Positions 8,170-17,953 of a DNA stretch of 64,000 bases are shown here, in pieces. Numbering within the stretch: position 1 is the stretch's first letter; every line of letters begins with the position of its first letter. This DNA comes from a virus (taxonomy: Duplodnaviria > Caudoviricetes), in the IMG/VR virus record IMGVR_UViG_3300027782_000030, positions 32,001-96,000 of that record, one strand, 5' to 3'. A model generated the notes under the pieces. The model was given only the letters and a program-made list of their open reading frames with translations. It did not search any database and was not told where the DNA came from. Position numbers and translations under genes: made by a program.

Positions 8170-10548
8170 TCATCTCCTATACTGTTGTTCTATCATCTGT
8201 TGATGCAGGCGGTCTGTTGATAACTGTCTTAACGCTCTAGCATTATCAACTGGTACTTGATTCTTATAGATTTCTTTTGGTTCATACATTTTCCCATCTT
8301 TGAGTACTAAATTAGTATAGTTACTGTAACCAACTGGAGTAGTAGCCATCTTATTAATATCTACATTACCTGCTAGTTCGTTTGCTGCGACATTAGTTTT
8401 TACTTTTTGATTTGACTCTGTAGTAGAATTTGTAGTTACAATCGGTTTTGTTTCAACTACTTCATTAAGTGGGTCTGTGCGATTAGTCACAAATCCTGCT
8501 GTACTGCTAACCTGTTCTACTTCCGCTTGTCTAGTAAAACTCACCTGCTGTGCTGTGGTCTGTTGCTGCTGTTCAACAGGTGCTGCTGCCATAGCATAAA
8601 ACAATGTGTTCTGAGGTTGTACATAGGCAAACGTCATAGAAGATTGTTGATCGGTTGAAGATTGTGAAAATACAGGTGTATTTGGTGTAGTAATTGTTGA
8701 AGTTACTGCGGTCGCCACTGTTGTATTAGCAGATTTGTTAGGTTGCGGGGGTAGACTACTTGTTACTGTAATTTGAACAGGTTGAGTTGATTGTACCCTG
8801 TTAAAATAAGTTTGAGCAGCAGATATCATGCTATATTGTGAATCATTAGCCGTTGATGTAGTAGGTGACACAGCAGCAACTACGGGTGTAGATACTCTCA
8901 ATGGGGCGGTTTGAACAGTTGTTGCCACTGTGACAGATTTATTTTCTGTATTAAGGGATGCTGCATTAATCATTGATGGACCTGATTGCGCTTGGCTAAC
9001 AGGCGCATTCGCAGTAGCAGTATTGGCTTGTCGTTGAGTCTGTACCGATAAGTTGGATAATGTTTGGCTCATTGTCACTGCGGCTGCGGCCACTGACACT
9101 GCCTGTTGTTGAACCTGATCCCCAGTTGCTGCTGCTTCTGTTATAGCCATTTGCACTGCGGAATTTTGTATTGTCTGCTCACGTTGTTGGTTCTTGGCAA
9201 TTGTGCTGAGTGCTGCTGCTACAGTTTTGGATTGAGGACTGCCTTTGGTCGTTGTGGTATTACTTGTTTGCTGTGGGGGCAATGATTGGACAACGTTAAC
9301 AGTGGTACTAGATACAGACGGTTCTATTGTTGGCGTAGATACTGTATTGCTAGCACTAAGTTTAGCAGCCATTGCTTGAGCAAAGCCACTACAGTCGGAA
9401 CTATACAATGGATTCTTAACGCAAGGATCTGGTGTATAGATTAAGCTCATTGAATAATTGCCAATTGAAGACCCTACACCAGATGCTCCTCCTGAAAGTC
9501 TAATATTGCCCAGTGAAGTTTGATTCATACTGCTTGATAGTAGAAGTTGTGAATTTACTGTTCCACTAGTACCTTCACTGTTGAAACTATGATTTCTTGA
9601 AATTAGTGTTTGATTATTACTGTTGGTCATTGAAGCACTAGCACTTACATATGCTGGAGTGTTCATCATCCAACTACATGACCCATCTTGATTCCAAGCA
9701 GTACATCCAAAGAACCCTTGCCCTACTGTATAATCAAATTTATAATTAAAGCCATGTACTGTAGCACCAAACCCAGCACTTTTTAATGCTGTGTTAATAG
9801 CAACTACTTGAGTCATTGAAGTAGATACAGCATCAGGATTTGGGGCAAGATTGCCGGTAGTTATTATGTTACCAAATCCCGAGCAAGTAGAACTGTAAGC
9901 AGGATTTAATTTACAAGGATCTACCGTGTATAGCAAATTGAAACTGTCAACATGAACTCTAGGGCCATAATAGCCTAGCCAAGTATTTTGATCCTTTCCA
10001 GTAAAACTAACTGTTAGGCTACTAGCTGAAGCAATATCATAGCGATTATTAAAAAATTGCGTACCCGAAAATGAAGTAAAGCTTGGCAAGTTTTGATTAT
10101 AGTTGTAGTTGAAACTTTCTATAATATTACCAGTAGCTCCCTTTAGCGATACATTACCGGTCAGTGTTCCCCTATTACCCTCGTAATTGTTGAGGTCATT
10201 ATTGATTTGCCATAGGTATCTGTATCCACTAAGTTGAACTCCTGCTCCAGCATTTGCCAATGCTTGATTAATAGCAACTGTTTGACTAACAGTGCGAGAA
10301 GCATAACTAAAGATGATGTTACCCGTGCCAGGATTATATGCTGGTGTAGGTCCACCACTGGTTCCACCTGCCTCACCAGTAACAGTATTGTTCCATGGTA
10401 GTCCCCCACCTAAATTCAGTATATTATTAGTACTGTTAAGTTGTAGTCCTGTAACTGGATCTAGATTTTGAGCATTAATGGAAGCCGAATAGCTTGAAAG
10501 CAACCATGCCCAACAAACTACCCAACCCAATTTTCTTAAGAGAATCAT
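8170..10548 (-). CDS. Large secreted protein, two Cys-closed domains plus Q/T/S/A-rich stalk
   Basis: Signal-like N-terminus; repeated DPCxxNPxYSxxCSGF; low-complexity C-terminal half. Confidence 0.7.
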   Translation of the reverse strand: MILLRKLGWVVCWAWLLSSYSASINAQNLDPVTGLQLNSTNNILNLGGGLPWNNTVTGEAGGTSGGPTPAYNPGTGNIIFSYASRTVSQTVAINQALANAGAGVQLSGYRYLWQINNDLNNYEGNRGTLTGNVSLKGATGNIIESFNYNYNQNLPSFTSFSGTQFFNNRYDIASASSLTVSFTGKDQNTWLGYYGPRVHVDSFNLLYTVDPCKLNPAYSSTCSGFGNIITTGNLAPNPDAVSTSMTQVVAINTALKSAGFGATVHGFNYKFDYTVGQGFFGCTAWNQDGSCSWMMNTPAYVSASASMTNSNNQTLISRNHSFNSEGTSGTVNSQLLLSSSMNQTSLGNIRLSGGASGVGSSIGNYSMSLIYTPDPCVKNPLYSSDCSGFAQAMAAKLSASNTVSTPTIEPSVSSTTVNVVQSLPPQQTSNTTTTKGSPQSKTVAAALSTIAKNQQREQTIQNSAVQMAITEAAATGDQVQQQAVSVAAAAVTMSQTLSNLSVQTQRQANTATANAPVSQAQSGPSMINAASLNTENKSVTVATTVQTAPLRVSTPVVAAVSPTTSTANDSQYSMISAAQTYFNRVQSTQPVQITVTSSLPPQPNKSANTTVATAVTSTITTPNTPVFSQSSTDQQSSMTFAYVQPQNTLFYAMAAAPVEQQQQTTAQQVSFTRQAEVEQVSSTAGFVTNRTDPLNEVVETKPIVTTNSTTESNQKVKTNVAANELAGNVDINKMATTPVGYSNYTNLVLKDGKMYEPKEIYKNQVPVDNARALRQLSTDRLHQQMIEQQYRR

Positions 10549-12013
10549 CTTCTTTTACCTCTATTGCTACTGGCATTTTTTCAGGATTAGCCTCCCATGC
10601 TGCTCTTGCTGCTTCACCTATCTTACCTTCATACGGGCAAGGTGTGCCTGCGCTCCACATAGCATCAAACACACGGCGATCCTGACACATTGTGGCAACT
10701 GCTGCTACCTTCATACCCATATCGTAAAGTGTTTTGGCTAACTTTAGTCTTTCGCAATTAACATCTCTAATAGTAGAACCACTACTAACACCAAAGATTT
10801 GTGTTTGAACAGCACCACTTACACCAGTGGTACATAGGTCAGCATTACCACCACTCATCATTGTGGGGGCAATGGCTGTGGGAGGAGGTTGAATGACTCG
10901 TTGTGTAATTTCTGATGAGTTAATATTGCGGTTAGTCATGTCACCAGTTTGTACGTTTTGATTGACATTGTTGCTATTATTAACATTATTGCTAGTACTT
11001 GCACTTACACTAGTGTTGACATTATTGTTATTGTTAGTCATTGTACCAGTGTTAATGTTATTATTGGTATTGACATTACTATTTGTGCTGGTACTAGTAT
11101 TAATATTTCTATTGGTCATACTGCCACTAGTAATATTATTATTGGTGTTGACATTTGTGCTTGTGCTTGTGCTGGCATTGTTATTATTGTAAGTCATTGT
11201 GCCAGTGTTCACATTAATGTTTTTATTAGTACTTGTGCTAGTATTGACATTATTATTGTTATTAGTCATTGTACCATAGTTGAAATTGGTACTGGTATTA
11301 ATGTTTTTATTTGTGCTTGTACTGGTATTGATATTTTTATTAACGTTGTTGCTAGTACTGACATTATTATTATTGTATGTCATTGTACCAGTATTGACAT
11401 TGATGTTTTTATTGGTATTAGTGCTGGTACTTGTGCTGGTATTGTTATTATTATATGTCATCGTACCTGAATTAATATTATTATTGGTATTAACACTAGT
11501 ACTAGTACTAGTACTAGTACTAACATTGTTGTTATTATTAGTCATTGTACCACTATTGACATTATTGTTGTTGTATGTCATTGTACCACTATTAACATTG
11601 TTATTAGTATTAACACTGGTACTGACATTGTTATTATTGTTAGTCATTGTACCGGTGTTTACATTGTTATTGTTGTAGGTTACTGTTCCACTATTAACAT
11701 TATTATTGTTATTATTGTAGGTAACCGTACCACTGTTGACATTGTTATTGGTTACAGTGCCACTTTGAATATTATTATTTGTATTGACACTGGTATTGAG
11801 ATTAGTACTATTACTGTTTACTGTACTAGCACTGGTGCTGGTACTATTACTGGTGCTGGTATTATTGGTATTAACCGTACTGGTGCTATTACTTGTACTA
11901 TTGGTGTCTACTAATGTCTTAGAATCGTATCCACCTTGATTAATTAAGGTTTGAGCATTAACCGTAATTGCAGACAACAATATACTGGTATATACCAATA
12001 TTTTTTTAAGCAT
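10475..12013 (-). CDS. Secreted Asn/Thr-repeat protein with Cys-rich C-terminal domain and TM tail
   Basis: Signal peptide; many NNNVN(S/T)GTMTY-like repeats; LC...CERLK...MCQD...TPCP; hydrophobic C-terminus. Confidence 0.75.
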   Translation of the reverse strand: MLKKILVYTSILLSAITVNAQTLINQGGYDSKTLVDTNSTSNSTSTVNTNNTSTSNSTSTSASTVNSNSTNLNTSVNTNNNIQSGTVTNNNVNSGTVTYNNNNNNVNSGTVTYNNNNVNTGTMTNNNNNVSTSVNTNNNVNSGTMTYNNNNVNSGTMTNNNNNVSTSTSTSTSVNTNNNINSGTMTYNNNNTSTSTSTNTNKNINVNTGTMTYNNNNVSTSNNVNKNINTSTSTNKNINTSTNFNYGTMTNNNNNVNTSTSTNKNINVNTGTMTYNNNNASTSTSTNVNTNNNITSGSMTNRNINTSTSTNSNVNTNNNINTGTMTNNNNNVNTSVSASTSNNVNNSNNVNQNVQTGDMTNRNINSSEITQRVIQPPPTAIAPTMMSGGNADLCTTGVSGAVQTQIFGVSSGSTIRDVNCERLKLAKTLYDMGMKVAAVATMCQDRRVFDAMWSAGTPCPYEGKIGEAARAAWEANPEKMPVAIEVKEDDSLKKIGLGSLLGMVAFKLFGFH

Positions 12014-12064
12014 AAACTTTTCCCCTATTGTTAGAGAAGTTACTTAATATTTACTCTATTATCA

Positions 12065-13072
12065 TTAACATTTATCTACTAAGTTATCTCTGAAGATGCG
12101 CCAACATTCTTCCCAACTCCAACGTAGGCTAGCTTCTTCTACACGAATACGATCCAATCTTAAACATTGATCTATGGCTGTTTTTAAATCTTCATCCATA
12201 TAGCCTGTAACACCTTGATCTATAACATCTTTAGGTCCAACAACTGGATATGCTGCTACTGGTGTACCACAGGCCATTGCTTCAATCATTACTATACCAA
12301 ATGTATCCCAACGACTGGGGAATACAAATACATCAGCATCGGCATAATATTTGGCTAGTTCTGCCCCACGCTTCACCCCAACGAATTCAACATCAGGGTA
12401 TTCACGCTCCATACGGCGCCGGCATGGGCCATCACCTACTACTATTTTGGTAGCACCGGGATATGCTAACCTACAAAACTCATCTAAATTCTTTTCTTTA
12501 CTAACACGCCCTACGCTTAACAATATGGGTTGTGACTGTTCTGTAGCTGTTCTAGTGCTACTACCAAATATGCTACGATCAACCCCGCGAGTCCAAGGTT
12601 TAATATCAGTTCTAAATCCACGATTGGCTAGATCATCCACCATGCTTTGTGTAGTAGTTAGTACACGACCGCTGTGTTTATGAAACCAGCGTAAATAGCG
12701 ATAACTCCAACTTGTTGGTATGCCCGCAATCTTTTCTAGTGCTTCGGGGAAACGAGTGTGATAACTGGTATTGTAACACCAACCCCAATAGTCCATCCAA
12801 CAACGAGCAGCGAAGCCTACTGGCCCTTCTGTAGCAATGTGTATGTAGTCAGGATTTACTTTTTCAATAATCCTGCCAATCCCCCAAGTCCAACTAAGTT
12901 TGATCTCATTATAACCAGGGCAGGGAATATTATGGAACTGCCTGGGGTCAAGATAAACAAAATCATACCCATCACGCTCAGCCAAAACTTCCAAGTTATG
13001 AAATGTTGTAACAACGCCATTGATTTGTGCAGGTTCATTGTCGGTTATGATTAATACTGTTTTCATTTTCAC
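12065..13072 (-). CDS. GT4-family glycosyltransferase, Agt-like diacylglycerol glycosyltransferase
   Basis: IHIATEGPVG, SYHTRFPE, GRVSKEKN, FVFPSRWDTFGIVMIEAMACG; overlaps the end of the plcP-like gene. Confidence 0.8.
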   Translation of the reverse strand: MKMKTVLIITDNEPAQINGVVTTFHNLEVLAERDGYDFVYLDPRQFHNIPCPGYNEIKLSWTWGIGRIIEKVNPDYIHIATEGPVGFAARCWMDYWGWCYNTSYHTRFPEALEKIAGIPTSWSYRYLRWFHKHSGRVLTTTQSMVDDLANRGFRTDIKPWTRGVDRSIFGSSTRTATEQSQPILLSVGRVSKEKNLDEFCRLAYPGATKIVVGDGPCRRRMEREYPDVEFVGVKRGAELAKYYADADVFVFPSRWDTFGIVMIEAMACGTPVAAYPVVGPKDVIDQGVTGYMDEDLKTAIDQCLRLDRIRVEEASLRWSWEECWRIFRDNLVDKC

Positions 13073-13820
13073 GCACCTCTGACCAAGTTATAATTTCCCA
13101 ACGACCATCCCAATGTTCAACTAGTGCGGTACAACTTTCACACCAGTCACCATCGTTCATGTAGATTACGCCGTTGATTTCTTTGATTTCAGCCTTATGT
13201 ATATGCCCACAGATCACACCATCGTAGCCCTTCTTTTTGCAATAACCGGCTAGATTTTGTTCAAATTGAAACATAAAGTCTACCGCTTTTTTGACCCGGT
13301 GCTTAAGGTACAAGCTAAGGCTCCAGTAGCCAAAACCCAAACGATGACGAATCCAATTGAGTTTAGTATTGATATTGAGTACGCAGTCATATGCTTTGTC
13401 TCCTAATATGCTGAGCCAAGGGGCCAGCCTAGTAATACCATCAAATAAATCACCATGAACTACAAGATACCTTTTTCCATCTATACCGGTGTGAATAGCC
13501 TGATTACAGATTTTAATACGACCAAAACTAACACCATATGGTATAAGTGGGCGTAAAAATTCATCATGATTGCCTGCTACATAAACTACCTGTGTTCCGT
13601 GTTTAGCATGTCCTAATACACGGCGAATGACATTGGTATGGCTTTGATGCCACTTTAATGTGTTTTGTTTCATTTTCCACGCATCTATTATGTCACCCAC
13701 TAGATACAGTGTTTCACATGTATTATGTTTAAGAAAGTTGTTTAGATAGTCTGCTTTACAGGCTTTGGTACCGAGATGTACATCACTGATAGAGATTGTA
13801 CGATAAGTTTTTTGCGCCAT
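13035..13820 (-). CDS. plcP: PlcP-like phospholipase C (LpxH-like metallophosphoesterase)
   Basis: SDVHLG, LVGDIID, GNHDE, HGD, CGHIH and NDGDWCESCTAL; adjacent GT4 gene is the known plcP-agt arrangement. Confidence 0.75.
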   Translation of the reverse strand: MAQKTYRTISISDVHLGTKACKADYLNNFLKHNTCETLYLVGDIIDAWKMKQNTLKWHQSHTNVIRRVLGHAKHGTQVVYVAGNHDEFLRPLIPYGVSFGRIKICNQAIHTGIDGKRYLVVHGDLFDGITRLAPWLSILGDKAYDCVLNINTKLNWIRHRLGFGYWSLSLYLKHRVKKAVDFMFQFEQNLAGYCKKKGYDGVICGHIHKAEIKEINGVIYMNDGDWCESCTALVEHWDGRWEIITWSEVRENENSINHNRQ

Positions 13821-13838
13821 ACTACTATTTAACAATAG

Positions 13839-13860
13839 TTATATTACAAACCTATTACAT
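13839..13860 (-). promoter_or_regulatory. Pho box upstream of plcP
   Basis: Minus strand ATGTAATAGGT TTGTAATATAA, then 7 nt, then TAAATA (13826-13831). Confidence 0.7.
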
Positions 13861-13887
13861 ATAAAAGCAACAACATAAAGAAATTAA

Positions 13888-14499
13888 TTATGTATGGTAA
13901 GTTACTATTATTTCTTCTTTTTCAAAACTCGGGAATATGAATTCATTATTATGATGCATTCTTTTATTCTTTTCTAAATTTTCAAATCCAATTCCTAACA
14001 TTACTAATGGATTATCTTCTAAATTTAATATTTCTTTTATTACTTGATTATTAAAACAAGAACAAAATCCGGTGTAATACCCTAGAATATGGGATATCAT
14101 ATTTATATATCCAAGAGCGATTCCTATTGAAATATAAGCATCTCTTACATAAGAACTATCGGTAGATTCTCTAATCTGATCAGGATATCTTTTTTTATTA
14201 ATTATTGAATCGCTTGGCGATTTACGTTCAAACACTAATAATAGATTAGCTAAAACTTGAGGATTTGTATAAATGTGACCAAACCCTAAAGTGTTTTCAT
14301 GTATTTTTTCAATAATTTCCCTGTTCGTAATAGCATGAATTTTATAATGTGCAATATTTTGTTTACTTGGACATTGGGTAGCAGCCGTTATAATTACATC
14401 TAAATCTTCTTTTGAAATTTCTTTAGATAGATTCCAATTCCTCTGACAATGCTGGCTTCGATTAATAATATTCTTAAGTTCAGGTTGATCTAATATCAT
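13888..14499 (-). CDS. Nitroreductase-family flavoprotein
   Basis: RSQHCQRNW, AATQCPSKQN, IALG, LGYYTGFCSCF motifs. Confidence 0.8.
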   Translation of the reverse strand: MILDQPELKNIINRSQHCQRNWNLSKEISKEDLDVIITAATQCPSKQNIAHYKIHAITNREIIEKIHENTLGFGHIYTNPQVLANLLLVFERKSPSDSIINKKRYPDQIRESTDSSYVRDAYISIGIALGYINMISHILGYYTGFCSCFNNQVIKEILNLEDNPLVMLGIGFENLEKNKRMHHNNEFIFPSFEKEEIIVTYHT

Positions 14500-14538
14500 T
14501 TACTCATTCTCTTAATCCTAAGTATTTATTCTAACCAT

Positions 14539-14562
14539 AAAAAAAGAGCCTCACGGCCCTTT
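14539..14562 (-). terminator. Rho-independent terminator
   Basis: Minus strand GGGCC-GTGA-GGCTC-TTTTTTT. Confidence 0.7.
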
Positions 14563-14645
14563 AGTGCTGGTTACGAGCTTCCAGCGATCCCTCTATCATG
14601 GGTCCGTTTTAAACAACCTTTTAATCCATATTCTTAATCTAAGTA

Positions 14646-15287
14646 TTACTTTCCCAATAAACTGTCGACCTTTGCTTCAACTGCATCTAACCGATGTTCA
14701 ATTTCATCTAGTGCAGGATCTGCTGGAGCGGAAACTGCTTCAAATATTTGTTGATGGACTTCAGAATTAACTGCTTCTCCTGTTGCTGTTGAAACAATAT
14801 GAGCTACCGCAGCGGCAATTTCTTCTGTACCTGCAGTTGGTGCAGGCATTTCAGCAACTGCTGCTGTAATAGCGGCTGTAATTGCTTCAGGGTCTGTGAC
14901 AACTTCAGGCTCTGCTGTAACAACTGCTAGTACCGCTGCTTTTACAATATCAGCAACTTCAGGGTTAACAATTGCATCTGCTTCGTGTTGAGCAGCTACT
15001 ACATCGCCAACAATGCCTGCGGCTTCTGCATGGTCAGCACTTGGTGAAAGTGCTAGTACATCTTCAACAGAAACTGGTGCTTCATCAGCTACGGAATAAA
15101 CAATGGCGTCAATATGGCTCTCAGTTTTTTCAGCGATCAAATGATCAACTTGAACTTCAACAACTGACAATCTGGTGTCTAGTTCTTCAATGCTTGTGGC
15201 ATAATCTGTGTTAACTTCTGTGCCAGTTAGTGTTGCTAACTTAGCTTCTACTGCTACTAATCTTGCGGCTAAATCTTGTAATCTCAT
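14646..15287 (-). CDS. Acidic Ala/Val-rich hypothetical protein with terminal coiled coils
   Basis: RBS AAGGAG before ATG 15287 (MRLQDLAARL); LxxRLxxVExKV-like heptads at both ends. Confidence 0.75.
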   Translation of the reverse strand: MRLQDLAARLVAVEAKLATLTGTEVNTDYATSIEELDTRLSVVEVQVDHLIAEKTESHIDAIVYSVADEAPVSVEDVLALSPSADHAEAAGIVGDVVAAQHEADAIVNPEVADIVKAAVLAVVTAEPEVVTDPEAITAAITAAVAEMPAPTAGTEEIAAAVAHIVSTATGEAVNSEVHQQIFEAVSAPADPALDEIEHRLDAVEAKVDSLLGK

Positions 15288-15346
15288 GGGTTGCTCCTTT
15301 AGGTTAGGTGAGTGAATCATGTCCACTCACCCTTATTTAACTGCTA

Positions 15347-15368
15347 CTATATTAAAGTAATATTACAA
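15347..15368 (-). promoter_or_regulatory. Pho box upstream of the acidic protein gene
   Basis: Minus strand TTGTAATATTA CTTTAATATAG, then 7 nt, then TAAATA (15334-15339). Confidence 0.6.
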
Positions 15369-15372
15369 AATA

Positions 15373-16947
15373 TCAGAAACTCAATAATAGTAGCTGTCCA
15401 CCTTCAACCAGTTCAGCAGCATTAGTACCAGTGGCTAGTTTATGATTTTGATCAACCAACAAGAAGTAACGCTTGCCATCTGTACGACCTAAGATACTAG
15501 TGATTTCAATGATACCGCTGGTTTCTTCGTCATTGGTCTCAGTTCCAACAACACCTGTGTAATAATCACCAAACAGCTTCTCATCATGTTGAGCAAGTAG
15601 TGTCAATGCCTTAGTAACAGGATTGTATTTCCAAATCTTACCATTGTGATTGTTACCACCAACATCCTCTTGTAGAATGATTGTGCCATCGCTAGCAACA
15701 GTCATGTTGTCAAACATCTGTGTTCCATGAATACGGCCGGCAACTGTAACAGTTTCAGTACCATCGAGCACCATTTCAAGGATGCCACCCGATTCAGGAC
15801 GGGTTAAATCAGTAAATGTCATGCTCCAAAGGCGTGTGCGACCAACTTGAGCAGTATTAGTAATACTGGTATTGATCTTGCCCCCGGTGTTGTCTTTAGC
15901 AGCATCTACTGTGTTGGTTGTTACAAAGTAGTAGCGGTTCTTGTTAACTGTATCCCAAGCACCATCTTCTGGACGCAAGAAACTTGTACCAGCAACACCA
16001 GTTACTGGGACATTAGGAACAAAACTAAATGTAGCAGTCTTATTGACCAGTCCTAGTCCAGCATCAACAGCGGTAGTTTCATTAGCAGCAACACCGCCAA
16101 CATTGACCACAGCACGATATAGCGTACCATTAGTTAGACCTGCTTTATCAACTTCAGTAGCACCAGTCTTGTTTTTAGTGCCAACATACATATAAACACC
16201 ATTGCTGCCACTGTCGCTATTGGCCATAACAATGGTCTTGTCACCGCTGTTGGGATGTGCGATTAGATTTTCCCAGCCTACACCAAATGTGGTAAATCCA
16301 CCAAAGTGTGGGAGAATGTATGCTTTGCCTTTGTCTGCTCCGCTGGCCACGATAGCAAGACCGCGTCCCATTGTAACAGTACCGTTAGCGGTTTCTTCAC
16401 CAGTCATAAACATTTTAACCGAAGAACCATTGCCTGTTGCTGAGTTGAAGAAAGCGCCGGCTGCTGGTAGATCGGCTGAACAGAAACGCTGAAATGCTAC
16501 AGCAGTTTGCTCGGCCCAAGCACCATTGACCTGTGCATAAACTTTTTTCATTAGGTCACTACCGCTCTTGACCTGTAGAGTAGTTTTATCAATAACCCAC
16601 TCACTAACAAAAGCACCAATACCACCATGAGCACGGGCAATACCAACAGTGTTGGCCAGTTCATGAGCCATTAGCACGGTGAATGTGTTGTCACCATTAT
16701 CATAAGCACCCAGTCCATCTGGAATACCCACCATGCGATAAGTGCCAACAGCGTCACCAACGGTTAAGATACTGGCAACTTTAACGCTGCTGTCAATTGG
16801 AACAATGTAGGGATCTACTGAACTGCTAACTGCTTTGCCTGATGTAAAACCAGTAACTTCTTTAGGTGCTGCTACAGTGGTGTCATCGCTACCACATGCT
16901 GTTAATAGAGCCGTTGCTACGGCTACTGCTAGAACGGTATATTTCAT
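15373..16947 (-). CDS. phoX: PhoX/DUF839-like alkaline phosphatase, lipoprotein
   Basis: Lipobox LLTAC; PDG, HEL, RFCSA, TGEE, WEN, RPEDGAWD, FDN, QED, ETSG motifs; directly downstream of pstS. Confidence 0.75.
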   Translation of the reverse strand: MKYTVLAVAVATALLTACGSDDTTVAAPKEVTGFTSGKAVSSSVDPYIVPIDSSVKVASILTVGDAVGTYRMVGIPDGLGAYDNGDNTFTVLMAHELANTVGIARAHGGIGAFVSEWVIDKTTLQVKSGSDLMKKVYAQVNGAWAEQTAVAFQRFCSADLPAAGAFFNSATGNGSSVKMFMTGEETANGTVTMGRGLAIVASGADKGKAYILPHFGGFTTFGVGWENLIAHPNSGDKTIVMANSDSGSNGVYMYVGTKNKTGATEVDKAGLTNGTLYRAVVNVGGVAANETTAVDAGLGLVNKTATFSFVPNVPVTGVAGTSFLRPEDGAWDTVNKNRYYFVTTNTVDAAKDNTGGKINTSITNTAQVGRTRLWSMTFTDLTRPESGGILEMVLDGTETVTVAGRIHGTQMFDNMTVASDGTIILQEDVGGNNHNGKIWKYNPVTKALTLLAQHDEKLFGDYYTGVVGTETNDEETSGIIEITSILGRTDGKRYFLLVDQNHKLATGTNAAELVEGGQLLLLSF

Positions 16948-16972
16948 TTTAAAACTCCTTTTGTATGTTTGT

Positions 16973-17953
16973 TTATTTGACTAACTTTGCCCAATCGGCA
17001 CGAACTTGATCCTTAACCTTTTGGGGTAATGGAACATAATCTAGGTCTGTAGCGTCCTTGTCACCCTTTGTATAGACCCAATCAAAAAATTTGGTAACTT
17101 GTTTTGTTCGCTCTCCAGTAGGATATATGAGAATAAATGTAGCGGCAGTAATAGGCCATCCATCTAAATCATTGAGATTAACTGCCATGTTGGGCACTGA
17201 CCAGTCAGCAGTCTTGGCACTTTCAGCAAATGTTAAGTCATCTGGTTGAACTACAGCACCTTTGCGGTTCTTCATGGCCACATGAGTTAGTTTGCTCTGT
17301 TTAGCAAATGCGTACTCAACATAACCAATTGATCCTGCTAGTTGTTGAACGTTAGCAGCAACACCAGCATTACCTTTACCTGCTGAAAGACTTGTTGGCT
17401 TCCAAGTAACAGTTTTACCTGTACCAGTACCTGTTTTGAACTCAGGACTTACTTTACTCAAGTAATCAGTAAACACAGCAGTTGTACCTGATCCATCAGC
17501 ACGAACCACTACATTGATAGCAGCATCAGGAAGTGCTAGACCTGGGTTAAGTTTAACAATAGCAGCATCGTTCCACTTGCTGATTTTACCTTGATAAATG
17601 TCAGCTAGTGTCTTGCCATCAAGAATCATTTTACCTGGCTCAATACCTTTGATATTGATTACAGCAACAACTCCACCGATAACTGATGGGAATTGATATA
17701 GTCCAACTTCTTTTAATTTAGTATCTGGTGTAGGATCATCACTAGCACCAAAGTCTACGGTTTTAGCAATGATTTGAGCGACACCGCCACCACTTCCGAT
17801 TGGATTGTAGTTAACAGTAGTACCAGTTTCTTTGTTGTAGGCTGCTGCCCATTTTGAATAAATAGGAGCCGGGAAAGTTGCCCCGGCTCCAGTAATCTGT
17901 GCTTGTGCAGCAAATGCGGCTGCGGCTAATAGAATTCCAACAATTTTTTTCAT
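16973..17953 (-). CDS. pstS: Phosphate ABC transporter substrate-binding protein
   Basis: GAGATFP, GSGGG, DFGASD, RADGSGTT, GKGNAGV, GSIGYVEY. Confidence 0.96.
   Translation of the reverse strand: MKKIVGILLAAAAFAAQAQITGAGATFPAPIYSKWAAAYNKETGTTVNYNPIGSGGGVAQIIAKTVDFGASDDPTPDTKLKEVGLYQFPSVIGGVVAVINIKGIEPGKMILDGKTLADIYQGKISKWNDAAIVKLNPGLALPDAAINVVVRADGSGTTAVFTDYLSKVSPEFKTGTGTGKTVTWKPTSLSAGKGNAGVAANVQQLAGSIGYVEYAFAKQSKLTHVAMKNRKGAVVQPDDLTFAESAKTADWSVPNMAVNLNDLDGWPITAATFILIYPTGERTKQVTKFFDWVYTKGDKDATDLDYVPLPQKVKDQVRADWAKLVK

Noticed and set aside
10949-11678. Plus-strand Leu/Val/Ile-rich ORFs (173, 76, 132 aa) that look like membrane proteins
   Set aside because: Antisense shadows of the Asn/Thr repeat gene; AAT/ACT codons read as hydrophobic codons on the other strand
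10930-11930. Possible CRISPR array or satellite DNA
   Set aside because: Repeats are degenerate, in frame and lack unique spacers; no CRISPR array seen anywhere in the window
13035-13835. LpxH (lipid A biosynthesis) annotation
   Set aside because: Same fold, but the GDWxESCTAL tail, coupled GT4 gene and Pho box fit PlcP better; not excluded without phylogeny
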